From: a virus
Reading direction: 5' to 3' (one strand)
Length of the DNA stretch: 64,000 nt
Virus record (IMG/VR): IMGVR_UViG_3300032116_000125
Location: 1 to 64,000 of that record
Position 1 is the stretch's first letter; every line of letters starts with the position of its first letter. The position numbers were made by a program, and so were the translations under genes. Positions 63,341 through 64,000 of the stretch are shown in pieces. The notes beneath the pieces were generated by a model. It made no database searches, had not been told where the DNA came from, and worked only from the letters and a program-made list of their open reading frames with translations.

Positions 63341-64000
63341 TTACCACCGATGGGGGATGTCGGGCATACCCTTGTTGACATCGTGCGTGCGGAGACGCTG
63401 TATGGGGGTGCCCACCGCAAAGTTCCGGTACACCGACAGGTAGGTACCGAGATGCTCAGCACGCCCCACACCACGGTCAATCCGGGGATGACGAACCAGC
63501 CAGTTGCGGAGGGCAAGACGAGGGTCGCCCACGTTCAGGTTCGCTCCCTCGCTGACCGAGTTGAGGAACTCACGGATGCGAGAACCCCCATCCTTGTGTG
63601 TGAGGGCGCACAGGATGTACAGGGCACCCCACGCACTGAATGAACCCGCCAGTTGGCGATGGACCACACGGCAGTCCTTGAGGGCTTGCGTGATGAGTTC
63701 ACGGTGCGCCTCGCAGAAGTTGATGATGTCCGTACGGCTGATGAGCGACATCAACTCCGTGTTGTTCGGGTTGATTCCAGCCTGCACTCCGATGACCAAC
63801 TTGGCGATGGCTCCGACTTCCTTGGGGTCACCGAATCCGAGGCTACCCAGCGCGTCACCGTTGGTACGGCTGAGTCCCGAATCCAAGACCTTGAAGACCT
63901 CGGGGTCAAGCCCATCCACCACGAAGAACTCCGCAGGGATACCGGCCTTGATGACGGCGAGCAGGCGGTGCTGTCCGTCCAACAGGGTGCCATCATTGGC
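63341..64000 (-). CDS. ParB/Srx-like DGQHR-domain protein, 5'-truncated by window edge
   Basis: LLDGQHRLLAVI...LDSG..R. Confidence 0.7.
   Translation of the reverse strand, partial: ANDGTLLDGQHRLLAVIKAGIPAEFFVVDGLDPEVFKVLDSGLSRTNGDALGSLGFGDPKEVGAIAKLVIGVQAGINPNNTELMSLISRTDIINFCEAHRELITQALKDCRVVHRQLAGSFSAWGALYILCALTHKDGGSRIREFLNSVSEGANLNVGDPRLALRNWLVRHPRIDRGVGRAEHLGTYLSVYRNFAVGTPIQRLRTHDVNKGMPDIPHRW

Noticed and set aside
1-64000. Stop-codon reassignment, tRNA genes, integrase/prophage boundaries
   Set aside because: Core genes are intact in the standard code with TAA, TAG and TGA all used as stops; no cloverleaf, integrase or host flank recognised by eye

Overview
A 64-kb internal segment of a dsDNA tailed bacteriophage with a contractile tail (myovirus). 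Two WhiB regulators, DUF732-like lipoproteins, an MSMEG_6728-family gene and an Rpf/SLT-like lipoprotein indicate an actinobacterial host; SpoVS and Thr-rich lipoproteins hint at Acidimicrobiia (inference). Layout: receptor-binding/lysis block (1-5.8 kb: LRR protein, two Mtd-N fibre+chaperone cassettes, minimal spike OB-fold, M15 endolysin); packaging/head (terminase, metallophosphoesterase, portal, scaffold, N4-gp56-type capsid; 5.9-19 kb); tail and baseplate (19-33.4 kb); a minus-strand operon of Dps plus five small, very basic proteins (34.5-36.1 kb); replication/recombination (HTH initiator with internal iteron origin, DnaC-like loader, DnaB, primase, SSB, PolA, RecA, Cas4-like nuclease, two resolvase-like genes; 36.2-49.7 kb); SpoVS, an AT-hook protein and many small disordered proteins (49.8-55.2 kb); a degenerate TGT/DpdA-like fusion, WhiBs, a lytic transglycosylase lipoprotein and a glycosyltransferase (55.2-59.9 kb); and a convergent minus-strand accessory block. 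No integrase, reverse transcriptase, tRNA or CRISPR array was seen. Best candidate for an undescribed system: a phage-encoded DNA protection/condensation kit (Dps + histone-H1-like/metal-binding peptide + split DUF5872 + other basic proteins, plus SpoVS, AT-hook and ChaB-like genes), with several cis-regulatory hairpins. All family assignments come from motif recognition by eye, not database searches.
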